Shown here one piece after another: positions 1 through 11,414 of a DNA stretch of 64,000 bases. This DNA is from Eledone cirrhosa. Taxonomy: Eukaryota. The notes under the pieces were generated by a model. That model did no database searches. It was given only the letters and a program-made list of their open reading frames with translations, and was not told the DNA's origin. The position numbers and the translations under genes were made by a program. The stretch spans positions 357,678,001 through 357,742,000 of the forward strand of contig OZ024740.1 in NCBI GenBank assembly GCA_964016885.1. The letters run 5' to 3'. The first letter of the stretch is position 1. Every line of letters starts with the position of its first letter.

Positions 1-94
1 CCTATTCTCACCCTCTGCCTGAGAGCAAGACATCATCTCCCTTCTCCTATGGGTTAAACAGTGATCCTCAGTCAAGTCAATGTCTGACAACCAT

Positions 95-275
95 CTGAAT
101 GCTGGTGATATGATAAAATGCACCCAGTACACTCTGTAAACTGTAGGAATGCATGTAAGTGAGATGCATCCCCTGGCTCTGTGATGGTAGTAATTCTAAT
201 TGAGTGCTGCTTTGGTCTGTTATAATCCAAACAACCATGCTAGCATGGAAAATTGGATACTAAATGATGATGATA
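95..275 (+). mobile_element. Old RTE-type 3' tail (LINE or partner SINE remnant)
   Basis: gcacccagtacactctgtaaa...ccatgctagcatggaaaa...aaatgatgatgat, same tail as the RTE copies elsewhere in the window. Confidence 0.6.
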
Positions 276-420
276 TGTTTACTAAAACTTGAAGCTCTAC
301 TTCTATCTCTGCTTCATGTTTATGCTAGGCTATATATTAAACGTAATAAACCTCTATTTCATCTTCTGAATATAATATAATTTTATATTGAAAAATATAT
401 TTTGATTCTACTTTTCTCAG

Positions 421-638
421 CTGCACTATCCAGTGAATTCAAAACTTACTCGTGCCAATGTCCGCAAAATGGCCACAAAGCAACAGAGGTCAAATGATGT
501 ATATAGGTATGACAGAGAGGTCACCCACCATTATAAACTCCCTGTTGCCTACTATGTCATCATTGCAAGTACATTTAACCCAGATCAAGTGGCAAAGTTC
601 ATGCTTAGAGTTTATACAAAAGAGACGATTAGCACCAG
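421..638 (+). CDS. Calpain exon: C-terminal part of domain III (CBSW/C2-like); gene starts upstream of the window
   Basis: Acceptor cttttctcAG ends at 420, donor GTaaat at 639. Translates LHYPVNSKL...YRYDREVTHHYKLPVAYYVIIASTFNPDQVAKFMLRVYTKETIST, matching the calpain domain III motif REVxxxxxLPxxxYVIIPSTFxPxxxxxFxLRV. Ends in phase 2. Confidence 0.9.
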
Positions 639-719
639 GTAAATTTTCTAAATACAATTTTTTTTCTATCAGATTCTAAATACAGTTAATATAAATGTTT
701 ATTAATTACTGAATTAATT

Positions 720-1018
720 ACTGGCTTTGTGGTTAGGGTATTCAGCTCACGGTCATGAGGTTGTGAGTTTGATTCCCGCCGGCATGTTGTGTTCTATTTC
801 ATGTTCTCCAGTCCACTCAGCTGGCAAAAATGAATTGTACCTGTAATTCGAAGGGCCAGCCTTGTCACATTCTGTGTCACACTGTATCTCCCTGAGAACT
901 ACCTTAAGGGTACATGTGTCTGTGGGATGCTCAGCCGCTTGCATGTTAATTTCACTAGCAGGCTGTTCCTTTGATTGAATCAACTGGAACACTCATCGTC
1001 ATAACCAACAAAGTGCCA
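720..1018 (+). mobile_element. tRNA-derived SINE with CORE-like domain
   Basis: A/B-box-like head (tggctttgtggttagg ... gtgagtttgattcc), then ctccagtccactcagctg shared with other SINE copies. Confidence 0.7.
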
Positions 1019-1345
1019 GATATTTTTTATTAAGTTCTGACATAGACATAGGGTTTCATGTTGAAGTTCAATTCCTGAAGGGGTTACATATTGGCCTGCC
1101 AGCTCATAAGTTGTGTATTTCGACAGTAGACACAATTATACAAGTTTAACTGTAGAAGGATAAGTAGCAGATATTCTCAACTGAAATGTAATGTATTTCT
1201 CCTGTTTGGAGATAAGTACAGATCTTTAAGAGCCACTTACAGCTTGTTTGAAATTATTGTTTAGTTAATGATAAACAACAACAAATACTGTCAAACTGAT
1301 TTTAATTTTTGTCTCCTGTTTTTTCTTCTTTTGTTTTCCATATAG

Positions 1346-1361
1346 TGAAGACATGAAAGAT
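1346..1361 (+). CDS. Calpain 16-nt microexon (domain III-IV linker, S-EDMKD)
   Basis: Long pyrimidine tract + tatAG acceptor, GTgagt donor; converts phase 2 to phase 0, as needed to join the flanking exons. Confidence 0.75.
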
Positions 1362-2143
1362 GTGAGTATTCCTGTGTGATTTTTTTTTCCTTGTTTTAGG
1401 GGGAGGGGGGTCTTTTGTTTGTTTTTATGAAATGCTCTTAAATGTTTAACTAATCTAAAAATCAAATGAAGTTTGTTATTTGAAAGGCCTTTCTGTAATG
1501 GGGGATTGGAGTATTAAGGTTTAATGTATCTATAAGTTTAAGTGTACATGAAAATATAGAGGCAATAAAAAGAGTGCTAATGTAATACAGTTTTGAAAAG
1601 AAGAGAGCAACATATAACAATTAAAAAAGTACTAACCACATCCAGTTATCTCAAACATTGAGTCCACGCTAGATTTTTTTTTCTCTTAATACTATAGACA
1701 CTTCTCTATTTCCTTTTTTATTCTATCCACCGAGACTGCGGGGCAGCCAGCACGTGGGGTCTCATTTGCATATAATAGTAAGAGATGGGGAGAGCAAGAG
1801 AGACAGAGGCAGTGAGTGAAAGAGAGAGAACATCAATTGCAAACATGCACTTAATAAGATTATAGCCAGTGGCTCATGTATCATATATTAAGCACATGAA
1901 GTAAACTATAGAACCTATCCTACTTTCCTATACCAAAATATACTTCAAAGAATCACATCTTGAAAATTTCTCTTTCATAATCAAACAAATAATTCCTTTA
2001 ATAATTTTTTATATTTTTTAAAACTAAACACTGTCTATAAAATGCAAAATAAGATATAAATTAAGCAAGGAAATTTGAATATACACAATTTTGTTCTACA
2101 TACTATTTTACTAAAATCTACAAAACATCTTTTATTTAATCAG

Positions 2144-2255
2144 GAGGGTAGTGTTCAAGAACTAGAGTTTGAAGCTATCTACAGTGCCCATGCTAAGGAA
2201 CAATTAATGGCTGCTAGAGAAATTAAACAATTCCTCACACATATTTTCTTTAGAG
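2144..2255 (+). CDS. Calpain exon: start of penta-EF domain (EF1 region)
   Basis: aatcAG acceptor, GTatga donor; EGSVQELEFEAIYSAHAKEQLMAAREIKQFLTHIFFR; 112 nt, phase 0 to 1. Confidence 0.8.
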
Positions 2256-3201
2256 GTATGATTGATTTTTTTTGATTTTGTTTTGTTGTGTTTTATTCAA
2301 TTAACATTCATAAACTCATATAAGAAATCCTAGCTGCATCCTCTTACTAGCACCTGACTAAATCAATGGTCAAGACACTTGACTTATAAATTTACAAGTA
2401 CTGTATAATTAACATGTTAGCCTTTTGCTTGCAGTTCTGAATTTGAATGATACTAAGGGTATGTTTAGTTCTCACTACATACAGAACGTGAAGATGAGAT
2501 TTTATGTGATCCTTTAACAACCATTTCAATCTTACATAATTTTCTCAATGTCCCTGAGGTAAAAGCAGGTAACATTGCTCATAATTTACAGTTGAATGGT
2601 TTATGATAGGCAGTGTTTCAATATATTCCTGAAAAATACATTTTTATCTAAACAATATGAATATATACAAAATTTTCTAAAAGATTGATTGTAAAATGTA
2701 TATAAAACATAAAAACATATAAGTAAGTTTTTAAATCAATCTATTAGTATATTGAATTAACACTGAAGATTAATGGTAAGCTGCCAAGTTTGTGTCACTG
2801 GTTCTAAAGCCATTTTACTTCAGGGCCACAGGTTGGCCAGTGCGTGGGCCCCCATTTGTTTATAATAGTGAGATATGGAGAGAGCGAGAGAGACGGAGGC
2901 AATGACATTGGGAATTTGATTCTATTATGTTCAGTCCATGTAACAAACTTTTTATAACTATATAATTAATTGACTGAAAGATATAAAAGACTATATACAT
3001 AGAAGGAACTGCATAAGTCTAGCTTTCCCTTAGAAAAGAAAGGTTTTCAGTTATAACTCAATAATCTATTAAAAGTATCAGAACATTTTCTATTTTCCTT
3101 AGGAAATACTATATATATATCAGAAATACATAATATATATCACAAATACGTAAGTATAATAATCACTAAAATGTTCTTGTTTTGTTTTTTCTTTCTACCA
3201 G

Positions 3202-3263
3202 AATATAAACAGAGAATATCGTTCAACATGGAAACTTCTCGGAATTTGTTAGCGATGTTTGAT
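3202..3263 (+). CDS. Calpain exon (EYKQRISFNMETSRNLLAMFD)
   Basis: ctttctaccAG acceptor; matches the calpain FxxETCRxxxAMxD motif; followed by U12-type donor GTATCCTTT. Confidence 0.9.
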
Positions 3264-4320
3264 GTATCCTTTAAAAAAATTAGTTTCATTATACTAATAT
3301 CAACTGATTAAATGTTAAATTGTTAAGAAGCTGGTCTTCTGAGCACAAGGTCACAAGTGCAAACTCGATCATTGAACCCTTGTACTTACTACAGATATTA
3401 AGGTGTAATATTAAACAAAGTACTGAACTCTACTTGGGTCACTACATTAAATATACTCACACCTAATCTATATATTTTCTTATTAAGTGTTAGGTAGATC
3501 ATTCAGCTGTAAAATCCATTTCTGTAACACTATACAAATGTTAAAATTGTATTGGTCATGACATGAACATTTTTCTTTTAGATATCAAGCTATATATGTG
3601 TTCACAAACAAAAAAAAAATAGAAAAAAGAATAGTAATTTAGTTGTGCATGTGATTAATTGTTTCTTCACTATGTGTTTTTGATGGTTTCTGATGAGGGA
3701 GCTTTGATCTTTTGCTGCAATCAAGAATCCTTCATTTTCGGCTTTGAGTCCTGCATTTCTTAGCCAGTATTGTGAGTTTTCTTGTCTACTTCCTCTCTCT
3801 TCAATATTTTAGGATATTGGCCATGTAGTGATTTTTCTTGCTGTTGTTTTATCATGGAATTCAGTAGCCTTGTTTTTAACTTAATTTTGCTTTTAACAAT
3901 TTCTGCAGTTGTTTCTCTTTTTTTCCTTATAACTATCTCTCATTTCAGCTTGTTTTGTATTTGTTGGCTTCTTTCAAGACATAAAACAATTTTTAGCTTT
4001 GTTTGTGTTTTGTTGTTATTTGTATTAGTTTTCCATTGTTCTATACTAGGTATTTTTGTAGTCCCAAAGTGGATATTTATAACATTTTTCTAGTTTCATA
4101 AGGCCCCTACTTCCCTGTAGCCTTGGACTTGTGTTAATGTAAGAAACCATTTTTATTATTATTATTAAAAAGCATCAGTAATGCACTGGCGTAATTTCTG
4201 GCCTTGTGCCAAAAGTAGAAACAATTATTATTATTATCATTAACAACATCGACATTATCATCATCATCAATATCATCATCATCATCAACATCATTATCAA
4301 TCCTTAACTACATCTCTTAG
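3264..4320 (+). other. U12-type (minor spliceosome) GT-AG intron
   Basis: Donor GTATCCTTT (3264-3272); branch point TCCTTAAC (4301-4308) 12 nt before the end of the intron (AG 4319-4320); flanking exons join in frame inside EF2. Confidence 0.9.
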
Positions 4321-4389
4321 CAAAACAATTCTGGTCATTTGACAATGGACGAGATGAAGGAATGCTGGGTAAAGGTGAAGGAGTATGCT
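4321..4389 (+). CDS. Calpain exon: EF-hand 2 (QNNSGHLTMDEMKECWVKVKEYA)
   Basis: Completes EF loop D|QNNSGHLTMDE; 69 nt; GTaagt donor. Confidence 0.9.
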
Positions 4390-4505
4390 GTAAGTAAAAA
4401 TACATTTTATCTTCTGAAATTTTATCTCTCTATAATATATTTTCAATTGTTCATATATACATTGTTGAGCCTTTAAAGCTAAGTAGATGTTATTATTTTT
4501 TCATT

Positions 4506-4690
4506 AGTGGATTGGCAGTATCGATAGAGGATCTGACGTCATGTCTTGCAGTATAGAGTTATGGCCCTTTACGTCCTGGGTTCAAATACCACCAAGGTTA
4601 ACTTTCCCTTTCATCCTTACAGGGGTCGATAAAATAAAATACCTGTAATCCACTGAGATAATTGCTGGCCTTGTGCCAAAAGTAGAAGCA
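4506..4690 (+). mobile_element. tRNA-derived SINE family A (Meta-domain-like); further copies at ~5120-5240(-), 5490-5640(+), 14420-14520(+), 15430-15615(-), 15825-15942(-), 15985-16112(+), 19280-19457(+), 24235-24350(-), 25436-25565(+), 28658-28760(+), 63240-63362(+)
   Basis: Repeated gagttcaaatcccgccgaggttaactttgcctttcatccttacggggtcgataaaataaagtaccag...ggccttgtgccaaaagtagaaacaatt, with B-box and a central domain resembling the MetaSINE domain. Confidence 0.85.
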
Positions 4691-5826
4691 GTTTTTTTTT
4701 CATGTCAGTCGAAAATCAGAAGAGCATTGTCCATGACAAGTGTGGGACCTTCAAAACTGAATGAGGAAAGGAGGGGGGGGACCAAATTCATTGGTTTCCT
4801 GTTAGCTTCTATTTGATCTTTGTAAATAGCTTAGCTGGAAGTTAATTGTATCAGGCGAGCCTGTCAAAAATAGGGCACCTATTAAATCACAATGCCCCTG
4901 TTATATCTAGGTGTTATAGCAGGTACTGAGGGAGCTCAACCAATGAAGGAGGCTTCACATCCTCCATCTTTCATCTTATTTGCTTCCTTTGTTCTATAAC
5001 AACTCTGAATACATAGGGCTTTTATGAATTCATGCCAGAGCCACATTAGTTTTATGAGTTCACTGGAGTTTTATAGACAGTGTCTTCTCACATTGAACTC
5101 AATGATAGATTATATTGATCCTAGTATTTGACAGCTACTTGTTTTATAAACCCCAGAAATATGAAAGGCAAAGTCACCCTCGGTGAGATTTGAACTCAAA
5201 ACATAAAGAACCACAACCAAATACTGCTAGACATTTTGTCAGACAATTTTACTAAATTTGAAAAATTTCATCTTCATACACACAAGGTCAAAATATTTAT
5301 CAGAGATGATGTAAATGATTAAATCAACTTCCCATTTCTGAACAAGTAATTTTTATCAAACCAGTATGAATGAATATATGCAAAATATGGATGGATGTGA
5401 ATTCATAACATTAAGGGACATTAAATACTAAGAATGTTATCTGGCAATCTAATGTCTTTTAATCACTGCCCTTATCACTGTAGTCAGGCTGTGAATTGGC
5501 AGAGCCATTATATGTCAGATAGAATTCTTTGTAGTATTTGTTCTAGGCCTTTGCACTGTGAGTTCAAATCCTATCAAGGTCAGTTTTGCCTTCCAACCAT
5601 TCAAGGTTAATAAAAGTTACTGATGCAGTGCTGAAATTGATTCCCACCACTCTCTCTCTCTCTCTCTCTCTCTCAAAGAGTTGGGCTATCCAAACCTGGA
5701 GAGGGGATGGTCTCCACCAGGTTTAAAATATGCTGTATGTAACTACGGCACCTCTACAACTCTATCAGAACTTACATGTCCATACATCTCTCTAGTCATA
5801 TTATATCCTGTTTCATTTCCTTTTAG

Positions 5827-5905
5827 ACTGTCTTCATGCAGACAGACACCGACAACTCTGGATTTTTAGAAACCGATGAGCTGAGCAAATTACTTAAAAA
5901 ATTGG
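5827..5905 (+). CDS. Calpain exon: EF-hand 3 (TVFMQTDTDNSGFLETDELSKLLKKL)
   Basis: ttttAG acceptor, GTaagt donor; canonical EF loop DTDNSGFLETDE; 79 nt. Confidence 0.92.
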
Positions 5906-6451
5906 GTAAGTTTCATATACAATAGTTATATCAAATCAGTATATCTTAACGCATACTCAAAAATACACACAAGCACAGGGCCTCCAAGAGAAATTTTGGG
6001 AGAGGGGTCAAATGGTTTTTGCATGGTTGCTGTGGGGCATTCTTAGCTCTTTTTAGCCTTCTTTGACCCAGGAACAAAGTACCAGCTGGATCCCCTTCTC
6101 ATTGCCTTTGTGTGTGTATAGCACAATATAAGCCTTGGCTGCAGAGGATTTGAAAAGACCAGAAAGAAATTAAGGGAACATGACCTGGCAGATGTGTACA
6201 TGAATGACACAGCATAAATAGCTAAGAGAAAAACTAGATATAAGAGGAATCAGGTGCAAACTCATGCACCTACATACACACACCTACACACACACAACAC
6301 ACACCTACACAAACACACACCTACACACACACACACACACACACACATTCAAAATGAAAATTTCATCTTTATGCTCTGTATGAAGAAGTGATTCTTACAG
6401 TATTCATCTCTCTTTCTCTCACACAAAAAAAAACTATTGCCATCAATCATG

Positions 6452-6760
6452 TGAAGGTGTTTGGCTTAGTGTTTAGAGAATTGGATTCACAATCATGAGG
6501 TTGCAAGTTCGATTCCCGGACTGGGCAATGCGTTATATCCTTGAGCAAGTCACTTTATTTCACCTTGCTCTTTCTGCCAAGAGTTGCAACTGGTAGATAG
6601 TATCAGCAGTGGAGAAACCAATGGAAATATTGTTTCCTTGGTCCAGTTTGATAAGTTCCACCCGACTCAGTATGTGTATGAGGTCTGGGATCTTGTCAAT
6701 CAATAAAAGAAAAAGACCACTCATCATTGAGTATGACTTAGTAGTATGTACCTTGCTTTT
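6452..6760 (+). mobile_element. Diverged tRNA/CORE-like SINE
   Basis: tggcttagtgtttagag...gttcgattcccgg...ccttgagcaagtcactt. Confidence 0.6.
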
Positions 6761-7114
6761 GCAGTCACAAGCAGATACAAATATCCTCTCAATCGTTCCT
6801 CCTCTGATCCAGGGGAACATCCAGGATGTGACAGCTGGAAAGAGAGAGAGCTGCATCAGCCCTGGACTGGTGCTTTCTTTATTCACTCTGAAAGAATGAA
6901 AGGCAAAATGGATTTCAGCACAATTTGAATTCAAAATACATAGACCTGTTATAAATATCCAGTGCTCCAATCACTCTGCCAAATTTAATACCTTTCACAT
7001 ACATATTATCTATAGCAGGTTCCCATTGATTTGGATTAGCCAGATTGGAATTCTAAATTATGATGGTCTCATCTTTCTAAGATTATATAACACTCTCTCT
7101 TACACAAGTACATA

Positions 7115-7422
7115 ATAATAATAAAGACCCCCTTCGGTCACGAATGACCATGGGATTTGCACCTAGAAGGTTCTCTTCCAAGGCATAAGTCTGGACAAGG
7201 TTGTTTGTGGAAGACCAGCAGTCGCCTATGCATACCAGGCTCCCCTCTCCATGCCACCAACATTGTCCAAGGGAAAGGCAATGGCCAATACAGCTTGGCA
7301 CCATTGATGTTGCAACTCATTCCTACAGCTGAGTGAACTGGAGCAATGTGAAATAAAGTGTCTTGCTCAAGAACACAACGCAAAGACTGGTCCAAGAATC
7401 AAACTCACACCTCACGATTGTA
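7115..7422 (-). mobile_element. tRNA/CORE-like SINE with a distinct body
   Basis: Reverse complement of cttgagcaagacactttatttcacattgctccagttcactcagctgtag followed by a different 3' body ending in (TTA)n. Confidence 0.7.
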
Positions 7423-7547
7423 AACTGCAAGACACAAAATAGTGTTGAAACAAAACACCTAAATAACGATATACAAACTCTCTATCTATTTGCAAACTAT
7501 ATGATGTAAGTTTGTCTAATTCTTAGCAATTCATTTCTATTTTTCAG

Positions 7548-7664
7548 GCTATGAGGATCAGGAAAGCCTGTTGAAGATTCTCAAAATAAAATATGGTGGC
7601 CTTCAAAATATATTCACTTTCATAGATTTCATTCAAATAATTTGCAAGCTGAACTTAGTTATGG
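7548..7664 (+). CDS. Calpain exon: EF-hand 4 region (GYEDQESLLKILKIKYGGLQNIFTFIDFIQIICKLNLVM)
   Basis: ttttcAG acceptor, GTaagt donor; 117 nt, phase 1-1; resembles the calpain RY...IxFxDFIxxxxKL segment. Confidence 0.88.
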
Positions 7665-7773
7665 GTAAGTGTGGTTATAGCATTTGTATTAAAGTTCTGA
7701 AAAATGTTGGACCATCTCATCACATGTACATGTAAACTTTAACCTTTTCATTACCAAACTGCATGTATATACG

Positions 7774-7800
<27 letters not shown>

Positions 7801-7806
<6 letters not shown>

Positions 7807-8569
7807 ATACTTGGGGAGGGTCATATTTGTGTAATAATATTGCCAGAATTAATAACAGAACACACTCACTGTTTGGTTAGTTTTCGCTTCTGTGTCTTTT
7901 ATATCGGTTAATTTAATTTATTCGGTCCTCAATGTTACCATTGACTGACCAACGGTCAAAAATACAGATACAATATAGACACAAACACATATATATTGTC
8001 TAACAAAGTTCTTTCGTTGCACATCGTCAGAAGTATAAATAAATAAATAAATACATACACAAGCACAATAACAACAAACACATATAAACACACACTAGTA
8101 AACTAAGATAGAATACAATAACCAGTCACCCAAACATGAACACACATCAAACACTATACACACACGCAAACTCATGCGCAGAGAAGACAAAAAAATAAAT
8201 AAATAAATAAATAAACAGACTAAATAAAGATGGCGTAGGCATACAATACAACAGGGGGAAACATAATAGCACCACTGACGATGTTGCAGATGTGCAACAA
8301 AAGAACTTTGTTAGACTATATATATGTGTTTGTGTCTATATTGTATCTGTATTTTTGACCGTTGGTCAGTCAATGGTAACATTGAGGACTGAATAAATTA
8401 AATTAACCGATATAAAAGACACAGAAGCGGAAACCAGCCAAACAGTGAGTGTGTTCTGTTATTAATTCTGGCAATATTATTACACAAATATGACCCTCCC
8501 CAAGTATAACAATATTTGTTTCGACACACGATTTCATATCAAAAACCTCGCAAAACTAATTCATCGCTG

Positions 8570-8570
<1 letters not shown>
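7801..8570. mobile_element. Non-coding fold-back element in (TA)n with ~230-bp inverted arms and hammerhead-like cores (Penelope pLTR-like)
   Basis: Arm 7801-8030 is the near-perfect reverse complement of 8274-8513; ctgacga...gcaac(g/a)aaa core at the inner end of each arm; (TA)n on both sides. Confidence 0.75.
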
Positions 8571-8613
<43 letters not shown>

Positions 8614-8849
8614 TATAATAAGGTTAAGTCTATACATATATAATATATATTGATTAAGTTATTCAACAAAGGAAGCTCAATGAACATATGGAACAGAGCA
8701 TAATTGATACAAATTTAAACAATATACAAAAAAGTCTCTTTCATATATTTAGTTGAGAAACAACTAGTACCATATAGATATATATAATGATAATAATAAA
8801 TGTACTCACTCACAAAAAGAGTCAACTCAAGATAGTCTATATATATATA

Positions 8850-9510
8850 TACTAGATGGTGTCTACATTTTGTGCTTATAAAAAAAATTTGTCGTAGATT
8901 ACCAGGGGTTTAACTTAATTGGGTGCCTGAGAGTAAAATGTTCAACCCACGAAAGCCAAGACGATAGGGTTAAGTAACAAGGCATTCGAAAAACCGAACA
9001 TGTATTTGTTGTGCTATGGTACAATGAAAGCAATAGTTACAGAGCAGTAAGCATGTGGGACTGCAGTGGTGGAGAGCATGAAGGAATTTAGTTGGATACT
9101 TTTAAGGTTACAAAAATCTACCCAATCTGATATAGACCAAACTGTTATATCGGATGCCGAATGCTTCAGAGTTACTATTGGGGTCACCATCAACAATTTC
9201 AAGGGAAGTATGTTTAAGTAGGGATAATATAGTCTATAAAGAGAGGTAAGTCTTTCAACATAATAAAGAGTTGTCTCTCTTGAACATTGTAGACAAAATT
9301 GCCAAACTAACAAAAAGGGCTTCAGGTTTTAGTTAAAAAAACGCCTTTAACAACAGAAAATTGAAAAATAAAAGCTGCAGTTAATGTCTTTAGACCGCAA
9401 GAAATATATAAATGCAAGTTTGAAGTCAATCGGAGTAGAAATGTGGATTTGTATAGACTTTCCAAAATTAGGGCACACACACGCACACAGACAATTTCAG
9501 TTTTATATAT
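8850..9510 (+). mobile_element. Putative non-autonomous Helitron/Helentron-like element; related 3' end at 23605-23722
   Basis: Starts tatactag in a TA tract, ends aagtttgaagtcaatcgg...acagacaatttcagttttatatat; similar end (aagtttgaaaacaatcgg...acagacattctctgttttatatat) at 23650-23722. Class assignment is from end morphology only. Confidence 0.45.
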
Positions 9511-9529
9511 ATGTATATATATATATATA

Positions 9530-9702
9530 AAAATAACAGATTAAAGTTTAAGCAAAGAATCGCTGCTTTCACCCTTAACAGGATCTTCTGAAACTTTAAT
9601 CTGTTATTTTAATAAATATTTGCTCTACGGTTTTATATATTTTATATATATATTATCCTTATCGAGTCTTCTTCGGATTTTAGACTTCACATTTATTATT
9701 AT

Positions 9703-9706
<4 letters not shown>
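9530..9706. repeat. Short TA-embedded element with 20-bp inverted repeat; tail repeated at 29964-30055
   Basis: aaaataacagattaaagttt (9530-9549) / aaactttaatctgttatttt (9591-9610); tail ttgctctacgg...atttattattattactata shared with the 30-kb copy. Confidence 0.65.
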
Positions 9707-9750
<44 letters not shown>

Positions 9751-10304
9751 TGCAACTCCATTTTGAGTAATCACTTGATACTTAAGCATGAGTATCAGAG
9801 AGATGGATTTTTAGTCCTGCTAAACACTTGCCTATGGCCAGCAATACCAAACATTGCAAAACATGTCATATAAGAAGCAATGTCTGTGCTTGAAACTTTT
9901 TAAGTGAGGAAGACTTTGTATGGGGCCAATTTCCCTCTCTGAACAACGAATGCAGTTGCCCAAAAAGAACTTGTCTACATCATTGGATGCAAACAAAGTC
10001 ACAGGTTTTATATCAGAGTGAGCTTCACCTAGAGAGATGCCTTAATGAAACTAGGAGACTCTTGCGCCATAAAAAAATATAAAATACTTTATTGGATGGC
10101 CGTTGACTCTCCTGAGTTCCTCCGCCTTTTGACGGTGAAATTCATATTTTCTGGCATGTTTACTTGCCTGCATATTAGATATGTACATTTTTTACACGTT
10201 CATGCAGCTTGGGTTACAGGCTGTATTTATACACCTATAACCTTAATATATATATTTATATAGATTTTGCTAATACATTTCTATAATATATTTTTGTTGA
10301 ACAG

Positions 10305-10363
10305 TATTATATAACAAGCAAAAAGAGTCTTCCAGTGAGGTTGTCGTGTTGAATCTGGGACAA
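10305..10363 (+). CDS. Calpain penultimate exon (VLYNKQKESSSEVVVLNLGQ), EF5 region
   Basis: aacAG acceptor, GTaagt donor; 59 nt, phase 1 to 0. Confidence 0.8.
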
Positions 10364-10539
10364 GTAAGTAATATTTCATTAAAAATAATTTGTTTGAATA
10401 GAAATAACTCCTCTTTGTTGTAGTTGTTAAACCAAAGGTTAGCCCTGATTCAAGATACCTATAGACAAAAGCACTCCAGCCATAAAAATCCCATCTTTTA
10501 GTATATCACAAACTAGATTGTTTAATATTTCCTTCCTGT

Positions 10540-10960
10540 GGGGTCAGACAAGACTACATGGCTGCCCCTGACCTCTTCAACTGTGTCATTAACTATCTGA
10601 TGTCCAAGGTCTGTGAGCGAGTTTCTGGCATTACCTTCAGTAACTACCATCTTACCAACCTGGAGTATGCAGATGAGACCACCCTATTCAGCAACTCCAT
10701 TGATTAGCTCAGTGACATACTGGCCATATACCGCGAGGGATCAGCAAAGCTTGGCCTTCAAGTGAGCTGGGTGAAGACGAAGCTGATGCATGTTGACAAT
10801 AATCCTCCTTTGCTTCATATTGGCCCTGACATTATGGAGTTTGTCAGCTCCTTCATTTACCTGGGCTTGACAGTCACCAACAATAGAGACATGACTCTGG
10901 TGATCAACCACAGATGTGGTCTGGCCGCCATGATCAGCCTGCAGCCTCTCACCTCATAGC
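10540..10960 (+). pseudogene. Decayed RTE-like reverse transcriptase fragment in the last calpain intron
   Basis: GVRQ..APDLFNCVI...LEYADE...LGLQVSWVKTKLM...FIYLG remnants with stops. Confidence 0.7.
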
Positions 10961-11414
10961 CATCCACCACATGCACTGGTACAGACATGATCATCCTACC
11001 AAGCCCTTACATTCGTTCAACGCATCAGCTATATACTGCTAAGCATTTGTCCTATGCTCTAATATCTCTAGCTTTTTGCCTAGACATGGATATTTTTTGG
11101 TTATTGTTATTGGGGTTAACTTTTATTTGTTTTTAGTTCTGCTCCATGCTGTGTTGCAGTCTGGTTTGTTCTTTGACGCTTTCTGTAGTATAGCAGTTTT
11201 TCTAGAAGGGGTTCCTAACCACTTGAAGAAAATAAACCTATAACTGGTCTCTCATGACTATTGTTAAAGTGCAAGCCAATTCTGAGGAGAGAGAGAGAGA
11301 AGAATTAACCCAGTACTTGACTGATAATTTATTTATCAATCCCAGACACACACATATATATATTATTGATTCATTCCCTTTGGATTCTTTATTTCTTTAT
11401 ATTTTTATCCACAG

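Noticed and set aside
3782-4093. Hydrophobic 103-aa ORF resembling a membrane protein (also 13864-14118, 31484-31837)
   Set aside because: T-rich low-complexity sequence producing Phe/Leu runs, mostly non-ATG starts, intronic or intergenic.
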